Of a stretch of 64,000 nt of DNA, positions 1 through 9,844 are shown in pieces (the stretch's first letter is position 1; each line of letters begins with the position of its first letter). Location: the NCBI GenBank assembly GCA_963663385.2, contig CAXXXD010000002.1, positions 1,664,001 through 1,728,000 of the forward strand. The letters run 5' to 3'. The position numbers were made by a program, and so were the translations under genes. The stretch is from Oceanispirochaeta sp. GTDB lineage: Bacteria; Spirochaetota; Spirochaetia; DSM-2461. Under the pieces are notes generated by a model. It was not told the origin of the DNA, did not search any database, and saw only the letters and a program-made list of their open reading frames with translations.

Positions 1-2177
1 ACGGTTATTTCTGCGATTCTCATTGTATCGTTGCCGAATATGTCTACGACTTTTACAGCTATCTTATACCGTCCGGGAGAGCACTCATGGAAAGTGCTTT
101 TCAATTCTAGTGTACGGTCTTTTTTCGTTCGGAAAGACTGCCACTCGTTTTCAAAAATATAATCACCAGTCCAGCGTTCTTCGACTTCGCCTGTTTCTTC
201 GTTAGGAACACGGATGATTTCTCTTTTACTCTCGAAGTTGAAGTCAACTGACCAGTAATCAATCCAGTCTGTCCATTTTTTTGTAAGGATTTCTTTTACA
301 ACAATACCGTTCTTATCTTTGCTGACTTTTACTATCTGGCCATTATCAACGGTTATCTTGTTCTTTCCATTCTTTAAGCCTTCCGCAACACTGTCTATGG
401 TTTCCTGAGTGTAGTAAACAGAAAAGTCTGTCAGTTCAACAGCAATACTGTTTCCTTTTACCAAGGGCTTGATTTCTATATAGCTGACATCATGAAAAAC
501 GACCTGATTTTTTTCGATTGCACGGCGGTCAAAAACTTCCCGGGGAATATATTTGGGAGCAATATCAATTCCCTTATTTTTTGCTTCATCAAGGATATTT
601 GGAAAAAGTCCCATTTCAAACTCAAAAGCAAGAATATCAACACGAGTAACATTGTTCTTACGGCATTCAAGGATGATTTCTTCTACGAAAAGTCGTGTTA
701 CTGGCAAGTTAATCGGGCCAACCGCGACTAGTCTTCCTGCCTTTTTTCCGTGGAACGCAGGGAATCCTTCTACAAGTTGTGCTTTATAGGCATGAAGAAT
801 CAGTTCAGTAAAATTTTTCTCTTTTTCTTCAATCTGCCGCTGTTTTTCTTCTTCCCTGAGGTTTTTATTGATGCCGATGTAGTGCTGTCGTTCGTATTTA
901 CCAAGGTTTAGCACTTCAAAAGCACGGAAATCTTTTCCATCTTCTTTAATTTGACGTTGTACCTGAATCATTCTTTTACGTGTAGTGTGTATTGAAAATT
1001 TACCCAGATCGGCGACTATCCACTTTCTATTCAGTTTTTCGGCAACAGAAGCTAATGTTCCTGAACCACAGAAGAAGTCTGCAACTATGTCATTTTCATT
1101 TGAGCTTGCTTGAATGATACGTTCAAGCAAACCTTCCGGCTTTTGAGTAGCATATCCAAGTCTTTCACTACCCATGGCATTAATCATATTAATGTCATCC
1201 CAAATATTTTCTATTGGCCGTCCTTTAAGTTCCCAAGTATATTGCTTAAATTCAGGATATTTTGCTGTTTCAGAATGTCGCAATCTACTTTCTGACTTTA
1301 ACTGGTTATATCTTTCATCAGAATAAGTTGCCATTACTTGCCATCTATACTTGCCTCGTTCATCTTCATATTTAAATCGTTCATAATATTCATCCGGATA
1401 TTCACCATATTGAATGTTAAATTGATAGTCATCCTTGTTTTTTGTATACAAGAATATGGTGTCTGTATTAACTGAGAATTTCTTTGAAATAGCTTTTACA
1501 GTATTAGTTCTTCTGCGCCAGAGTATTTCATTTAGGAAATTATCTTTTCCAAATATTTCTTCAAGTACGTTTCTTATATAAGAGTTAACTCTCCAATCAC
1601 AATGAACATAAATGCTCCCATTATCTGCTAACAAGTCTCGCATTAGAACTAATCGTTCATATAACATCGCTATAAAACTATCTGCTCCCTTGCCCCAGGT
1701 ATCTCGATAAGCTATTTCTTCTAAAATACCGGGTTCTTTGTGCAGAGTTTCATCACCAATCTCAATATCCATGGAAAAATCAGCACCAACATCAAATGGA
1801 GGATCAATATATATGAGCTTAATTCCGCCATTACGTTCAATTTCTTCACGTAGCGGACCGTTTTTCAAAGATGATAAGATCAATTTATTATCACCCCAGA
1901 TCAGTTTGTTAGTCCATCCTTTTTGTTGTCGCCCGCGGGAATCAAAAAGATTCATTTGCATACTTGAATCTTCCGGCTTTTCTGCACGTGGTTCATCAAC
2001 CTGTTCAATTACCTGAAAAGGAAGAACGATATTACAGACTTCATATGTTTTGCCATTCCAGACAAGTTCTACTTCCCGCTTATCGTCGAAAAGAAGGAAA
2101 CGGTATTTGTCCGGTAGGGGTTTCCCGGCTTCAATGTATTTGATGATGTCACGTTTTTCATTGTCGGTTAGTGTCAT
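1..2177 (-). CDS. Site-specific adenine DNA methyltransferase, type III Mod-like (beta class); runs off left edge
   Basis: Not in the ORF track because there is no stop in the window. ATG at 2177 gives [30 protein letters not shown]..., with IYIDPPF (motif IV) before [10 protein letters not shown] (motif I); the segment at the left edge (...[20 protein letters not shown]) is in the same frame. Confidence 0.9.
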   Translation of the reverse strand, partial: MTLTDNEKRDIIKYIEAGKPLPDKYRFLLFDDKREVELVWNGKTYEVCNIVLPFQVIEQVDEPRAEKPEDSSMQMNLFDSRGRQQKGWTNKLIWGDNKLILSSLKNGPLREEIERNGGIKLIYIDPPFDVGADFSMDIEIGDETLHKEPGILEEIAYRDTWGKGADSFIAMLYERLVLMRDLLADNGSIYVHCDWRVNSYIRNVLEEIFGKDNFLNEILWRRRTNTVKAISKKFSVNTDTIFLYTKNKDDYQFNIQYGEYPDEYYERFKYEDERGKYRWQVMATYSDERYNQLKSESRLRHSETAKYPEFKQYTWELKGRPIENIWDDINMINAMGSERLGYATQKPEGLLERIIQASSNENDIVADFFCGSGTLASVAEKLNRKWIVADLGKFSIHTTRKRMIQVQRQIKEDGKDFRAFEVLNLGKYERQHYIGINKNLREEEKQRQIEEKEKNFTELILHAYKAQLVEGFPAFHGKKAGRLVAVGPINLPVTRLFVEEIILECRKNNVTRVDILAFEFEMGLFPNILDEAKNKGIDIAPKYIPREVFDRRAIEKNQVVFHDVSYIEIKPLVKGNSIAVELTDFSVYYTQETIDSVAEGLKNGKNKITVDNGQIVKVSKDKNGIVVKEILTKKWTDWIDYWSVDFNFESKREIIRVPNEETGEVEERWTGDYIFENEWQSFRTKKDRTLELKSTFHECSPGRYKIAVKVVDIFGNDTMRIAEIT

Positions 2178-3032
2178 TTATATTTCTCCTCTCACAGGTG
2201 CTTTATCATTATCGTGTTGCGGTTCATAATGCCAGAAATTTATCGGGTTCTTCGGGTCATAAGTAAAAAGGCATTGCTTACTGTTCAGACCAACCCCATA
2301 TTTTCCGGCTTTGCATTTATTATTAAAAAGATCTAGAAGTTTAAATCTGTAACTTTCCCGATTAGTGAATAATACATTTTCTTCTTCAAATAAAGAAGGT
2401 GCTTGTTGTTGCTTCCATTGTGCATAGGCTGAATATGAATCTTTTGAGAATACTGCCATTCCGGAAAAAAGGTCAGCCACTTGAATCAATGGTTCCACTT
2501 TGGAACATTGTTCCTGAAAGGATTCAATTGAATAATGTGTGTCTGAAAAGAAAAACCCAAAAAGATTGTGATGAAAATCCTGTTGCCTTCCTTTGGCAGA
2601 GAGGCAGTCATGGATCGTTGTCCAATCAATTCCGTTTCTTTGATCAGGTCGAATATCCCATTTGGCAGATTTCGGTCTTCGTTTCATGGAGCCGCTTAGT
2701 AAATGAAAGAACATCCTTTCATAATTTGCCATATCATCACGCCCCTGGATTTTGTGACGTGAATCGTGAGTGTCCCAAATAAGGGTATCTATTCTCATTT
2801 TATGATTTCGAATATTTGTAAATATATAGTTGACTATTTTTTCAGCACAGAAATAGTATTTCGCGTCTTTAAGCTTTTGCCATTTAAATTCTGAAATATT
2901 TGAACTATCTAAGATTGCGGATATTTCCTCTTGTGCCTTTCCCCATACCTTTCTATGTATAGAAAATGCCGAAAGACTTTGAAATCTTGATGCGGTTATT
3001 TGACTTTCATCTGTAAAGACAACGTATTCCAA
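2178..3032 (-). CDS. DUF3800-family protein (RNase H-like fold)
   Basis: N-terminal VFTDES and C-terminal LIQVADLFSG motifs typical of DUF3800; TTG start; stop abuts the MTase ATG. Confidence 0.7.
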   Translation of the reverse strand: MEYVVFTDESQITASRFQSLSAFSIHRKVWGKAQEEISAILDSSNISEFKWQKLKDAKYYFCAEKIVNYIFTNIRNHKMRIDTLIWDTHDSRHKIQGRDDMANYERMFFHLLSGSMKRRPKSAKWDIRPDQRNGIDWTTIHDCLSAKGRQQDFHHNLFGFFFSDTHYSIESFQEQCSKVEPLIQVADLFSGMAVFSKDSYSAYAQWKQQQAPSLFEEENVLFTNRESYRFKLLDLFNNKCKAGKYGVGLNSKQCLFTYDPKNPINFWHYEPQHDNDKAPVRGEI

Positions 3033-3152
3033 ATTAATCCCTTATTATATCATTCTTTGCCCGGCATGGACGCCGGGCTTCTTAGGGCGCGGTCTTTATG
3101 TCCATATCTCATTATTTGAATCATATTTTCTCTATTTTGAGAAATTTTGTCC

Positions 3153-3244
3153 GTATAACGCCGATTTCTGCTGATTGCCGTATATGGCGGAGTTATTGCG
3201 AACAGCAAGAACTGTGACATAGGCAATTCAGTAGCAAATCTTTG
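3153..3244 (-). other. attC site 1 (98 bp when rejoined with 9831-9836), split by intron copy 1
   Basis: Bottom (+) strand GTATAAC-gcc-GATTTCTGCTGATTGCC...GGCAAT[T]CAGTAG[C]AAATC-ttt-G|TTATAT: R box, spacer, L box and two extrahelical bases. Confidence 0.88.
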
Positions 3245-3850
3245 GTACGCCCGACATGGCTGTACGCTAATGAGGTGAAAGTCCTCTACAGGTGCCCACG
3301 TATAGTGAACATGCTATACCAACTGTTAGCTGAAGGCAAGGGCATTTCCGCGAGGGAATGTCTGGAGGAAGCCGGAATGCAAAACCGGGAGCCCATGTAC
3401 AAGAATGTGATAGAAGGCTCAGTTCCAGAGGCGAGTCAGCCAATGATGACGATGCCCCGTGGGTATGGAATAGGGTAAATCACAGGGTTGTCCGGGGACA
3501 GTGTACAGTCTTATTCGGGGAGATCTGTCTGCGGGGCGGTAATGTGTTCTTTTAAACTGAGAATCCGGTAGGGAACCGGAAAACCAATCCCCGGCTTTTC
3601 AGAGGGTGACACTCTGGAAATGAGCAAGATTATCTTGAGTACAAATAAGTCGTCACAGGTTTAAAAGCACGGTATAGCATCAACGGGAGCAATCTCGTTG
3701 ATTAGCAGGCAGAAGTCAGCAGAAGGCATAGTAACCAACGCCCGGAGTAATGTCCGGTTCACGGTGAAGGCCTGAACATTTCACAAGGAGGAGCCTTATG
3801 GTTCTCAAAGGAACAATTTTAGCACTGGCCGAAATAACTTTTGGCGAATT

Positions 3851-5044
3851 ATGGAGAAACCAGCCTTGAACGATTCTATGATGGATTTGATTTTATCATC
3901 TGAAAACATGCGTAAGGCCTGGAAACAGGTCAAACGCAATGGCGGCAGTCCGGGAGTCAATGGCATGACTATTGAGAAATTTCCGGAATATCTACGCAGA
4001 AGATGGAGTAAAATCAAGCAAGCTTTGCTTTTGGGGTACTATGTACCCTCTCCGGTGCTCAGGGTGGAAATCCCCAAGAGATCCGGAGGTATGCGAATGC
4101 TGGGTATTCCCACTATTTTAGACAGGGTTATCCAACAGGCTATTTCACAGGTTTTGAATCCTCTATTCGATTCGGATTTTTCGGAAAGCAGTTTTGGATT
4201 CAGGCCGGGAAGATCGGCTCACGGAGCAGTACGACAGGTAAATACCTATGTTAAATCGGGATACAAGTATGCAGTTGATCTGGACTTGGAAAAGTTCTTT
4301 GATACGGTAAATCACGATATTCTGATGCATTGTGTGGCTAAGAAAGTCCGGGACAAATCAGTCCTGAAATTGATTGGCCGCTACCTGAGAGCCGGTATTA
4401 TGGACAAGGAGGGGATTAAAATCCCTACTGAAATCGGGACTCCTCAAGGAGGCCCGTTATCACCTCTACTTTCCAATATCCTTCTTGATAATTTCGATAA
4501 GGAGTTGGAACGGAGAAACCTGTGCTTTGCACGTTACGCAGATGATGCATTAATTGTATCAAAACGCCTGTGTGATGGAAAAGCTATATTGACTGAAATA
4601 AGTGATTATCTCAGTCGCAGGTTAAAATTGGTTGTAAACCAGAAGAAAAGCAAGGTGTGTAAAATCTCCGAATGCAGTTTTCTGGGATTCACTTTCAAGG
4701 GTAAGAAAATCCGATGGACTGAATCATCCTTTCGGGAGTTTCAATATCAGTTAAAGCATTTGACAAGACGGTCTTGGGGGGTATCAATGGAATATCGATT
4801 CCGGAAACTTAACGAGTATATCCGGGGGTGGATGAACTATTATGGTATTTCCCAATATTACAGACCTCTACAATCAATTGATGAATGGCTGAGAAGAAGA
4901 ATCCGTATGTGCTACTGGAAACAGTGGCGTTACCCCAGAACAAAAGTCAGGAAACTGATGGAGCTGGGTATTCCGAAAGATTTTGCCATTATGACAGGAG
5001 CAAGTAGTAAGTCCTACTGGCATCTGTCAAAAGGCTATGCGTAA
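3851..5044 (+). pseudogene. ltrA: Group II intron reverse transcriptase/maturase, C-terminally truncated by IS66 (last 29 aa displaced to ~9638-9728)
   Basis: 397 aa versus 426 aa in the intact copies; PQGGPLSP and YADD motifs; the stop codon comes from the IS66 end. Confidence 0.9.
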
Positions 5045-5087
5045 GCGGTAATTCTTCCCACATTGACAGCATTTTAGGACTGATGGA

Positions 5088-6650
5088 TCAGATTGCAATA
5101 TCTTCAGCAGTTAAGTTATAGGGAAGTAATTTTTCATAATCACTCTGTTTTTCACAGCAGGGCAATTCCCGGAAGATAAAGTACAAGTAAGCATAAACTG
5201 GAAGATTGTTCATCTTCGCAGATTCAACGAGACTGTACAGAATTGCCGATGATTCAGCACCTTTCGGGCTTCCGGCAAAAAGCCAGTTTTTTCTCCCGAT
5301 TACGAAGGGTCTGATTGCATTTTCAGCGCTATTGTTCGAAGGAGTCAAAACAGGATTTTTCAGATATAGAACCAACTGCTCCCAGTTGCTCAATGTATAC
5401 TTCATCGCCTTACCGAACTCTAAAGAAGGAGGTACTTGAGGATAAAGCTTCGTCAGTTTTTTCTGTAACTTATCTAGTATCGGTTCTGCTCTATTTTGTC
5501 GCTGTTTATGAAACCCTTTTAGCGAATAATTATCCCGTAATGATTCCAGTTCAAACAGATCCTTTATCAGGTCGAGAATTTGCTTTGCTTCTGCATCTTT
5601 TTTCTTGGTTGATTCCCAATATTGGAAGAACTTTCTTCTGGCATGGGCCCAGCATAAGACATGCTTTATATCTCCATCAACTTTTTTTCGGGCAGTATGG
5701 TAGGCCTCAAAATCATCAGTTTGAACCCAGCCAGAGTAATTTTCCAAGAAATCCAACGGAATTGCATGGGATCGGCCTTGCTCATACTGAAATATGACAC
5801 ATTTTTTATCGGGATCTCCTCTGAGAAAGACCCACATCCATGATTTATCTGAAGCTTTTCGTTTCGGTTCCTTTAGAACCTGAACTCTCGTCTCATCGGC
5901 ATTAATAATGGAACCGGATTTAATGTTTTCTTTCAGCAAATCATATAGAGGCTTACATGCCGTTGCCGATTTTATCGTAAGATTGCTCAATGTCGCCCGG
6001 GGGATCGGTATGCCTATCTGGTTTAACCGTTTTGATTGCCTGTAGAAAGGAAGAGCGAACTCAAACTTTTCGCTTATACTCCAAGCGAGCAGGCTTTCAT
6101 CGGCAATACTGCCCGCGACCAGATGCTTTGCTCCTTCTGCGGTCTGTACAGCAGCTTCATCAAGAGTCGTCCCTTCACAATTCTTGCAGGAGTACTTTTT
6201 TCTACGTTCCTGAATAACAACGACTTTTGACGGAATAATTTTTGCTCTCTCGGAAACATCTTCACCGATACAGGTCTTTTCTGTTCCGCAGGCACAGATC
6301 TTATCTTTATCCGGAATATCATATTCCACGATCTCTCTCGGCAGATCTGCCGGCAGAGGTTTCCGGCCGGATTTTTTAATATTTTTCTTGTAGGAACCGA
6401 CCTCAACCGTTTCAATAACATTTTTCTCCTGCTCTTCATCATTCTGAGCAAAAGCACTATCTTCCGCTTCATTGAAGAGAGAAGCTTGTTTCTTATCTTC
6501 GGCAGTTATCTTCTCTGATTTTGTTCCAAAGTGCAGGAGGTTCAGTTTTGCTACTTGCTCCTGGAGAATGGCATTAAGTCTTTTCAGTTCAGCAATTTCT
6601 ATTTTTTGTGCATCAAGTTGTTCTCTTAAATGCTGTTCTTCATTCTCCAT
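5088..6650 (-). CDS. tnpC: IS66 transposase TnpC
   Basis: Leucine-zipper N-terminus, zinc finger, ADET, CWAHARRKF and SNNSAENAIRPFVIGRKNWLF motifs. Confidence 0.95.
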   Translation of the reverse strand: MENEEQHLREQLDAQKIEIAELKRLNAILQEQVAKLNLLHFGTKSEKITAEDKKQASLFNEAEDSAFAQNDEEQEKNVIETVEVGSYKKNIKKSGRKPLPADLPREIVEYDIPDKDKICACGTEKTCIGEDVSERAKIIPSKVVVIQERRKKYSCKNCEGTTLDEAAVQTAEGAKHLVAGSIADESLLAWSISEKFEFALPFYRQSKRLNQIGIPIPRATLSNLTIKSATACKPLYDLLKENIKSGSIINADETRVQVLKEPKRKASDKSWMWVFLRGDPDKKCVIFQYEQGRSHAIPLDFLENYSGWVQTDDFEAYHTARKKVDGDIKHVLCWAHARRKFFQYWESTKKKDAEAKQILDLIKDLFELESLRDNYSLKGFHKQRQNRAEPILDKLQKKLTKLYPQVPPSLEFGKAMKYTLSNWEQLVLYLKNPVLTPSNNSAENAIRPFVIGRKNWLFAGSPKGAESSAILYSLVESAKMNNLPVYAYLYFIFRELPCCEKQSDYEKLLPYNLTAEDIAI

Positions 6651-6826
6651 ACGGGGAATTCTATCAAAGTTTCTATAATTATAAAATCTCTAAATACGGG
6701 AATGTGAGCAACGGTGCTAGAGTTCCTACATTCAGCGGCGAAAAAGTTCCGCTTTTACTGACATAAAAAGGGGCAAATATCCTAAAGTAGAGATTACCAC
6801 ACCTACTACAAAAGGAACCTGCCCCT

Positions 6827-8110
6827 ATGTGTCAAAAGGAAGATCGCATGCATGTAGCACGCATCATGGCCAACGAAGGCCATACTCAAAAGTATATCGC
6901 TGAGTATCTTGGTGTCAGCGACCGGATGGTAAGGAAATACCTGAATCCGGACTTCAGAACCCGTCCCAGGAAATCCCGGGAAAGCATCCTTAAACCATTC
7001 TACCCCATAATAGAAGATACCTTGGAAAATGATCCATACTTCAACCTCGTTTATCTTCATGAGAGACTACAAAACTCCGGTTATTCTGGAAAAATGACAA
7101 TCCTACGTGACTATGCCCGGAAGTACAGGAAGAAACTGATTGAGAAAGCAGTAATCCGCTTTGAAACAGAGCCGGGAAGACAGGCCCAAGTTGACTGGAA
7201 AGAATGCGGAAAAATGGAGATTGATGGCAAACTTCAGAAAGTATATGCATTTGTCATGCTGCTGGGATATAGTAGGATCCCGTTTGTCCTTTTCTCCTTG
7301 GATATGACCTCGCCGACATTGCTCCAAGCCCATCTGATGGCATTCCGGTTCTTCGGTGCTGTTCCGAAGGAAATTCTTTACGACAACATGAGAACAGCCT
7401 GGTACAACAACGGCGGTGTCTGGCACGTGAACTCAAAGCTCCTGGCCTTTGCTTCAGCCTGTGGTTTCACTCCTCTTCGCTGCCAAGTTCGTAGACCGCA
7501 AACTAAGGGAAAGGTAGAGCGTTTTATCGGTTACCTGGGCCACAACTTCTTGATCCGTGAAGAAGCAATGAAGAGCCGCTCAATAAACGATTTAAACCTG
7601 ACTGTCTCCAAATGGATCAAAACAGTAGTGGAACAGCAGATGAGCCAATTTAAACAGACTCGAAAAGAGAGATTTGAGTACGAAAGGCAGTTTATGAACC
7701 CTTGGAACCCTGAGGCAGCTCCAGATGTAAGGCTGGTTAAAGAACTGCTTGTCTCCAGAGAAGGGTTTATTCGTTTTGAATCAAACAAGTACAGCATTCC
7801 CGCGGACTTCATAGGACAAGTTGCGACACTGAAAGTAGATACGCTGGCAAGAACTGCCGCTATCTTCATTGATGGGGCCCCTGTTAGAACCTTCAAGCTT
7901 CTGACAAAAGGTGCGAAATTAGAATCTATCCGAAAGATTGATACCGACTCACTGGTTAAACGCTGGAAGAAAGAGAATCGCATGACAAAAAGGAATGTCG
8001 TTGCCAGTGTCCCGGAAATAAAGAATACTCCCAGGTCATCATTGATGCATACAGAGGTTGATACACGCCATCCTGAAAGCTACGACAAGCTTATGGGGGT
8101 AACAGCATGA
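6827..8110 (+). CDS. istA: IS21 transposase IstA
   Basis: HTH; RFETEPGRQAQVDW, LYDNM and PQTKGKVER DDE motifs. Confidence 0.95.
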   Translation: MCQKEDRMHVARIMANEGHTQKYIAEYLGVSDRMVRKYLNPDFRTRPRKSRESILKPFYPIIEDTLENDPYFNLVYLHERLQNSGYSGKMTILRDYARKYRKKLIEKAVIRFETEPGRQAQVDWKECGKMEIDGKLQKVYAFVMLLGYSRIPFVLFSLDMTSPTLLQAHLMAFRFFGAVPKEILYDNMRTAWYNNGGVWHVNSKLLAFASACGFTPLRCQVRRPQTKGKVERFIGYLGHNFLIREEAMKSRSINDLNLTVSKWIKTVVEQQMSQFKQTRKERFEYERQFMNPWNPEAAPDVRLVKELLVSREGFIRFESNKYSIPADFIGQVATLKVDTLARTAAIFIDGAPVRTFKLLTKGAKLESIRKIDTDSLVKRWKKENRMTKRNVVASVPEIKNTPRSSLMHTEVDTRHPESYDKLMGVTA

Positions 8111-8871
8111 ATGTACTGCAGGAGACCATAGAGATCAGGATGAACGACTTAGGGCTGGAGTTTATGGCGGCGGGGTTGGAGAGCTTCCTTGAAGCTCAAT
8201 CTCACACAGAAAACACTCTCTCTCAGTCAATTGCAGACCTATTGGAACTGGAGTACGTTCCCCGTAAGGAGAGAGCTGCAAAAAGCCGTCTGAAGCTCTC
8301 TGGAATGCCATCGATCAAGCTATTAGAGGACTTCGACCTATCCTGGTTGAAGGGAGGATTGACCGCTGCTCAACTGGCAGAGTTTTCTAGTCTGGCTTTC
8401 ATTGAAAGAAAGGAAAATCTAGTACTGATGGGGCCAAGTGGATTGGGTAAAACCCATTTGATGCTAGCTCTGGCTCATAAAGCCTGTCAGAATGGTTATA
8501 CTGTATGGTATACAAGCTGCATCGATCTGATGGAGAATCTGACCCATGCCCGGGAGCAGGGGCGGTTGAAGCGACGGCTTACCTGGCTTAGAAAGCCTCA
8601 TCTCATCCTTATCGATGAAGTTGGCTACGAGAACCTGACGAAAGAACAGGCCAACTTGTTTTTTCAGATTGTAAACACCCGCTATGAACAAGGCAGTATG
8701 ATCATCACCACAAACAAGTCTTTCGGTCGTTGGGCTGAGATTCTGGATGATGAAGCCATTGCGACAGCGACTATAGACAGGCTCCTTCACCATGCACATG
8801 TCCTGAGTCTTAAAGGGGATTCATACCGGATGAAAGACCGGTTGAAAATAGGGATCGTTGATCCTGTTTAA
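8107..8871 (+). CDS. istB: IS21 helper ATPase IstB
   Basis: GPSGLGKT Walker A, LIDEVGY Walker B, IDRLLHH; ATGA overlap with istA. Confidence 0.95.
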   Translation: MNVLQETIEIRMNDLGLEFMAAGLESFLEAQSHTENTLSQSIADLLELEYVPRKERAAKSRLKLSGMPSIKLLEDFDLSWLKGGLTAAQLAEFSSLAFIERKENLVLMGPSGLGKTHLMLALAHKACQNGYTVWYTSCIDLMENLTHAREQGRLKRRLTWLRKPHLILIDEVGYENLTKEQANLFFQIVNTRYEQGSMIITTNKSFGRWAEILDDEAIATATIDRLLHHAHVLSLKGDSYRMKDRLKIGIVDPV

Positions 8872-9271
8872 TTTTACCCAGAAGCGGAACTTTTAAACCG
8901 TTGAAATGAGGAACTTTTTCACCGCTGTTGACACGGGAATATGATAATTTTTTATGCGCTTTGAAAAAGTCTATTCCCGTCAGGAGCATTTTCAATTCAT
9001 CCATGCTGATCTCTTTAGCATCTTCATCTGTTTCCGGCCAGGGATATCTGTTCTCTTCCAGTCTCTTCTGCCAGAGACAAAAACCGGTATTATCCCAGTA
9101 GACAATTTTCAGAAGTTTTCTCTGCCGGTTACAAAAGAGGAATAGCGATTTGGCGAATAAATCATGATTCATTTCATTCTGGATAAACAGAGATAATCCG
9201 TTGATCGCTTTTCTTAAGTCTGTCGTGCCGGGTCTCAGAAAGATCCGGTATTCGTTCAGGTCAACAAACAT
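8810..9271 (-). CDS. tnpB: IS66 accessory protein TnpB (native end replaced by read-through into IS21)
   Basis: TDLRKAINGL, FLFCNRQRKLLKIVYWD and KRLE motifs; the native end ...KKLSYSRI* is restored when IS21 is removed. Confidence 0.9.
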   Translation of the reverse strand: MFVDLNEYRIFLRPGTTDLRKAINGLSLFIQNEMNHDLFAKSLFLFCNRQRKLLKIVYWDNTGFCLWQKRLEENRYPWPETDEDAKEISMDELKMLLTGIDFFKAHKKLSYSRVNSGEKVPHFNGLKVPLLGKIKQDQRSLFSTGLSSGMNPL

Positions 9272-9567
9272 TACAACTCTCTCAGAATCTTCAGAAGATC
9301 TATCAGGGATTGCCTGTTATAACCTGATGCCAGATCCAATGAGAAATCCTTGTATCTGAGTATCATTGTGGGGTTTTGTGGCTGTAATACCGGGGCTTTC
9401 TGTTTGATTTCAATAAAACTGCTTTTCTTTAATTTTTTTCGATTCTTGTAGAAAGATGTATAGTGAACTCCTTTATCTGCGCAGAACTCAGAAATTGTTT
9501 TCCCGCTCTGTTTTTGTTCTTCGATTAATTCAGGCCAATTCCAGTTGGTCATATTAGGTTCCTCCAT
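9271..9567 (-). CDS. tnpA: IS66 accessory protein TnpA
   Basis: W..LIEEQKQSGKTISEFC HTH pattern; first ORF of the IS66. Confidence 0.85.
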   Translation of the reverse strand: MEEPNMTNWNWPELIEEQKQSGKTISEFCADKGVHYTSFYKNRKKLKKSSFIEIKQKAPVLQPQNPTMILRYKDFSLDLASGYNRQSLIDLLKILREL

Positions 9568-9844
9568 GATTTTTCATGGAGTATATAATCATTTCGAAAT
9601 CACGCAAGATGGAGAGAATTACCGCTTACGGCTATGCAACCAATGCCGCTATGTCCAATAAATGGTTGGAAGAGCAAGGATTGATCAATATTAAGGCCCT
9701 CTGGTGTAAAATCCAGGGCTACACATGATCAAATTATAGTTTCGTTTGCTCCATGGAGTGAACCGCCCTGTGCGGACCCGCATGCAGGGTGGTGTGGGGG
9801 CTGGAGGTTAAAAGCCTCCGGCTACCCGATTTATATATATCGCA

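Larger units (their letters stand above)
6703..8933 (+). mobile_element. IS21-family insertion sequence
   Basis: Ends TGTGAGCAACGGTG.../...CACCGCTGTTGACA with repeated subterminal GTTCC/GGAAC boxes; 6-bp TSD CGGGAA at 6697-6702 and 8934-8939; istA-istB. Confidence 0.93.
5041..9629 (-). mobile_element. IS66-family insertion sequence (contains nested IS21)
   Basis: Terminal IRs GTAAGCGGTAATTCT.../...AGAATTACCGCTTAC; 8-bp TSD GGCTATGC at 5033-5040 and 9630-9637; tnpA-tnpB-tnpC order. Confidence 0.95.
3245..9830 (+). mobile_element. Group IIC-attC intron copy 1, interrupted by IS66/IS21
   Basis: 5' GTACGCCCG...; domain V GAACCGCCCTGTGCGGACCCGCATGCAGGGTGGTG; 3' ...CTACCCGAT; matches the other copies apart from the insertion at 5041-9629 and its TSD. 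Confidence 0.93.

Noticed and set aside
3242..4017. Short ORFs at the 5' part of each intron (78-105 aa, 65 aa, antisense 70 aa)
   Set aside because: They overlay ribozyme domains or the RT antisense strand, and the longest ones have N-termini that change with the flanking attC; incidental.
8810..9271. tnpB as an RNA-guided IS200/IS605 TnpB nuclease
   Set aside because: This is the unrelated small IS66 accessory TnpB; no RuvC or zinc-ribbon motifs.
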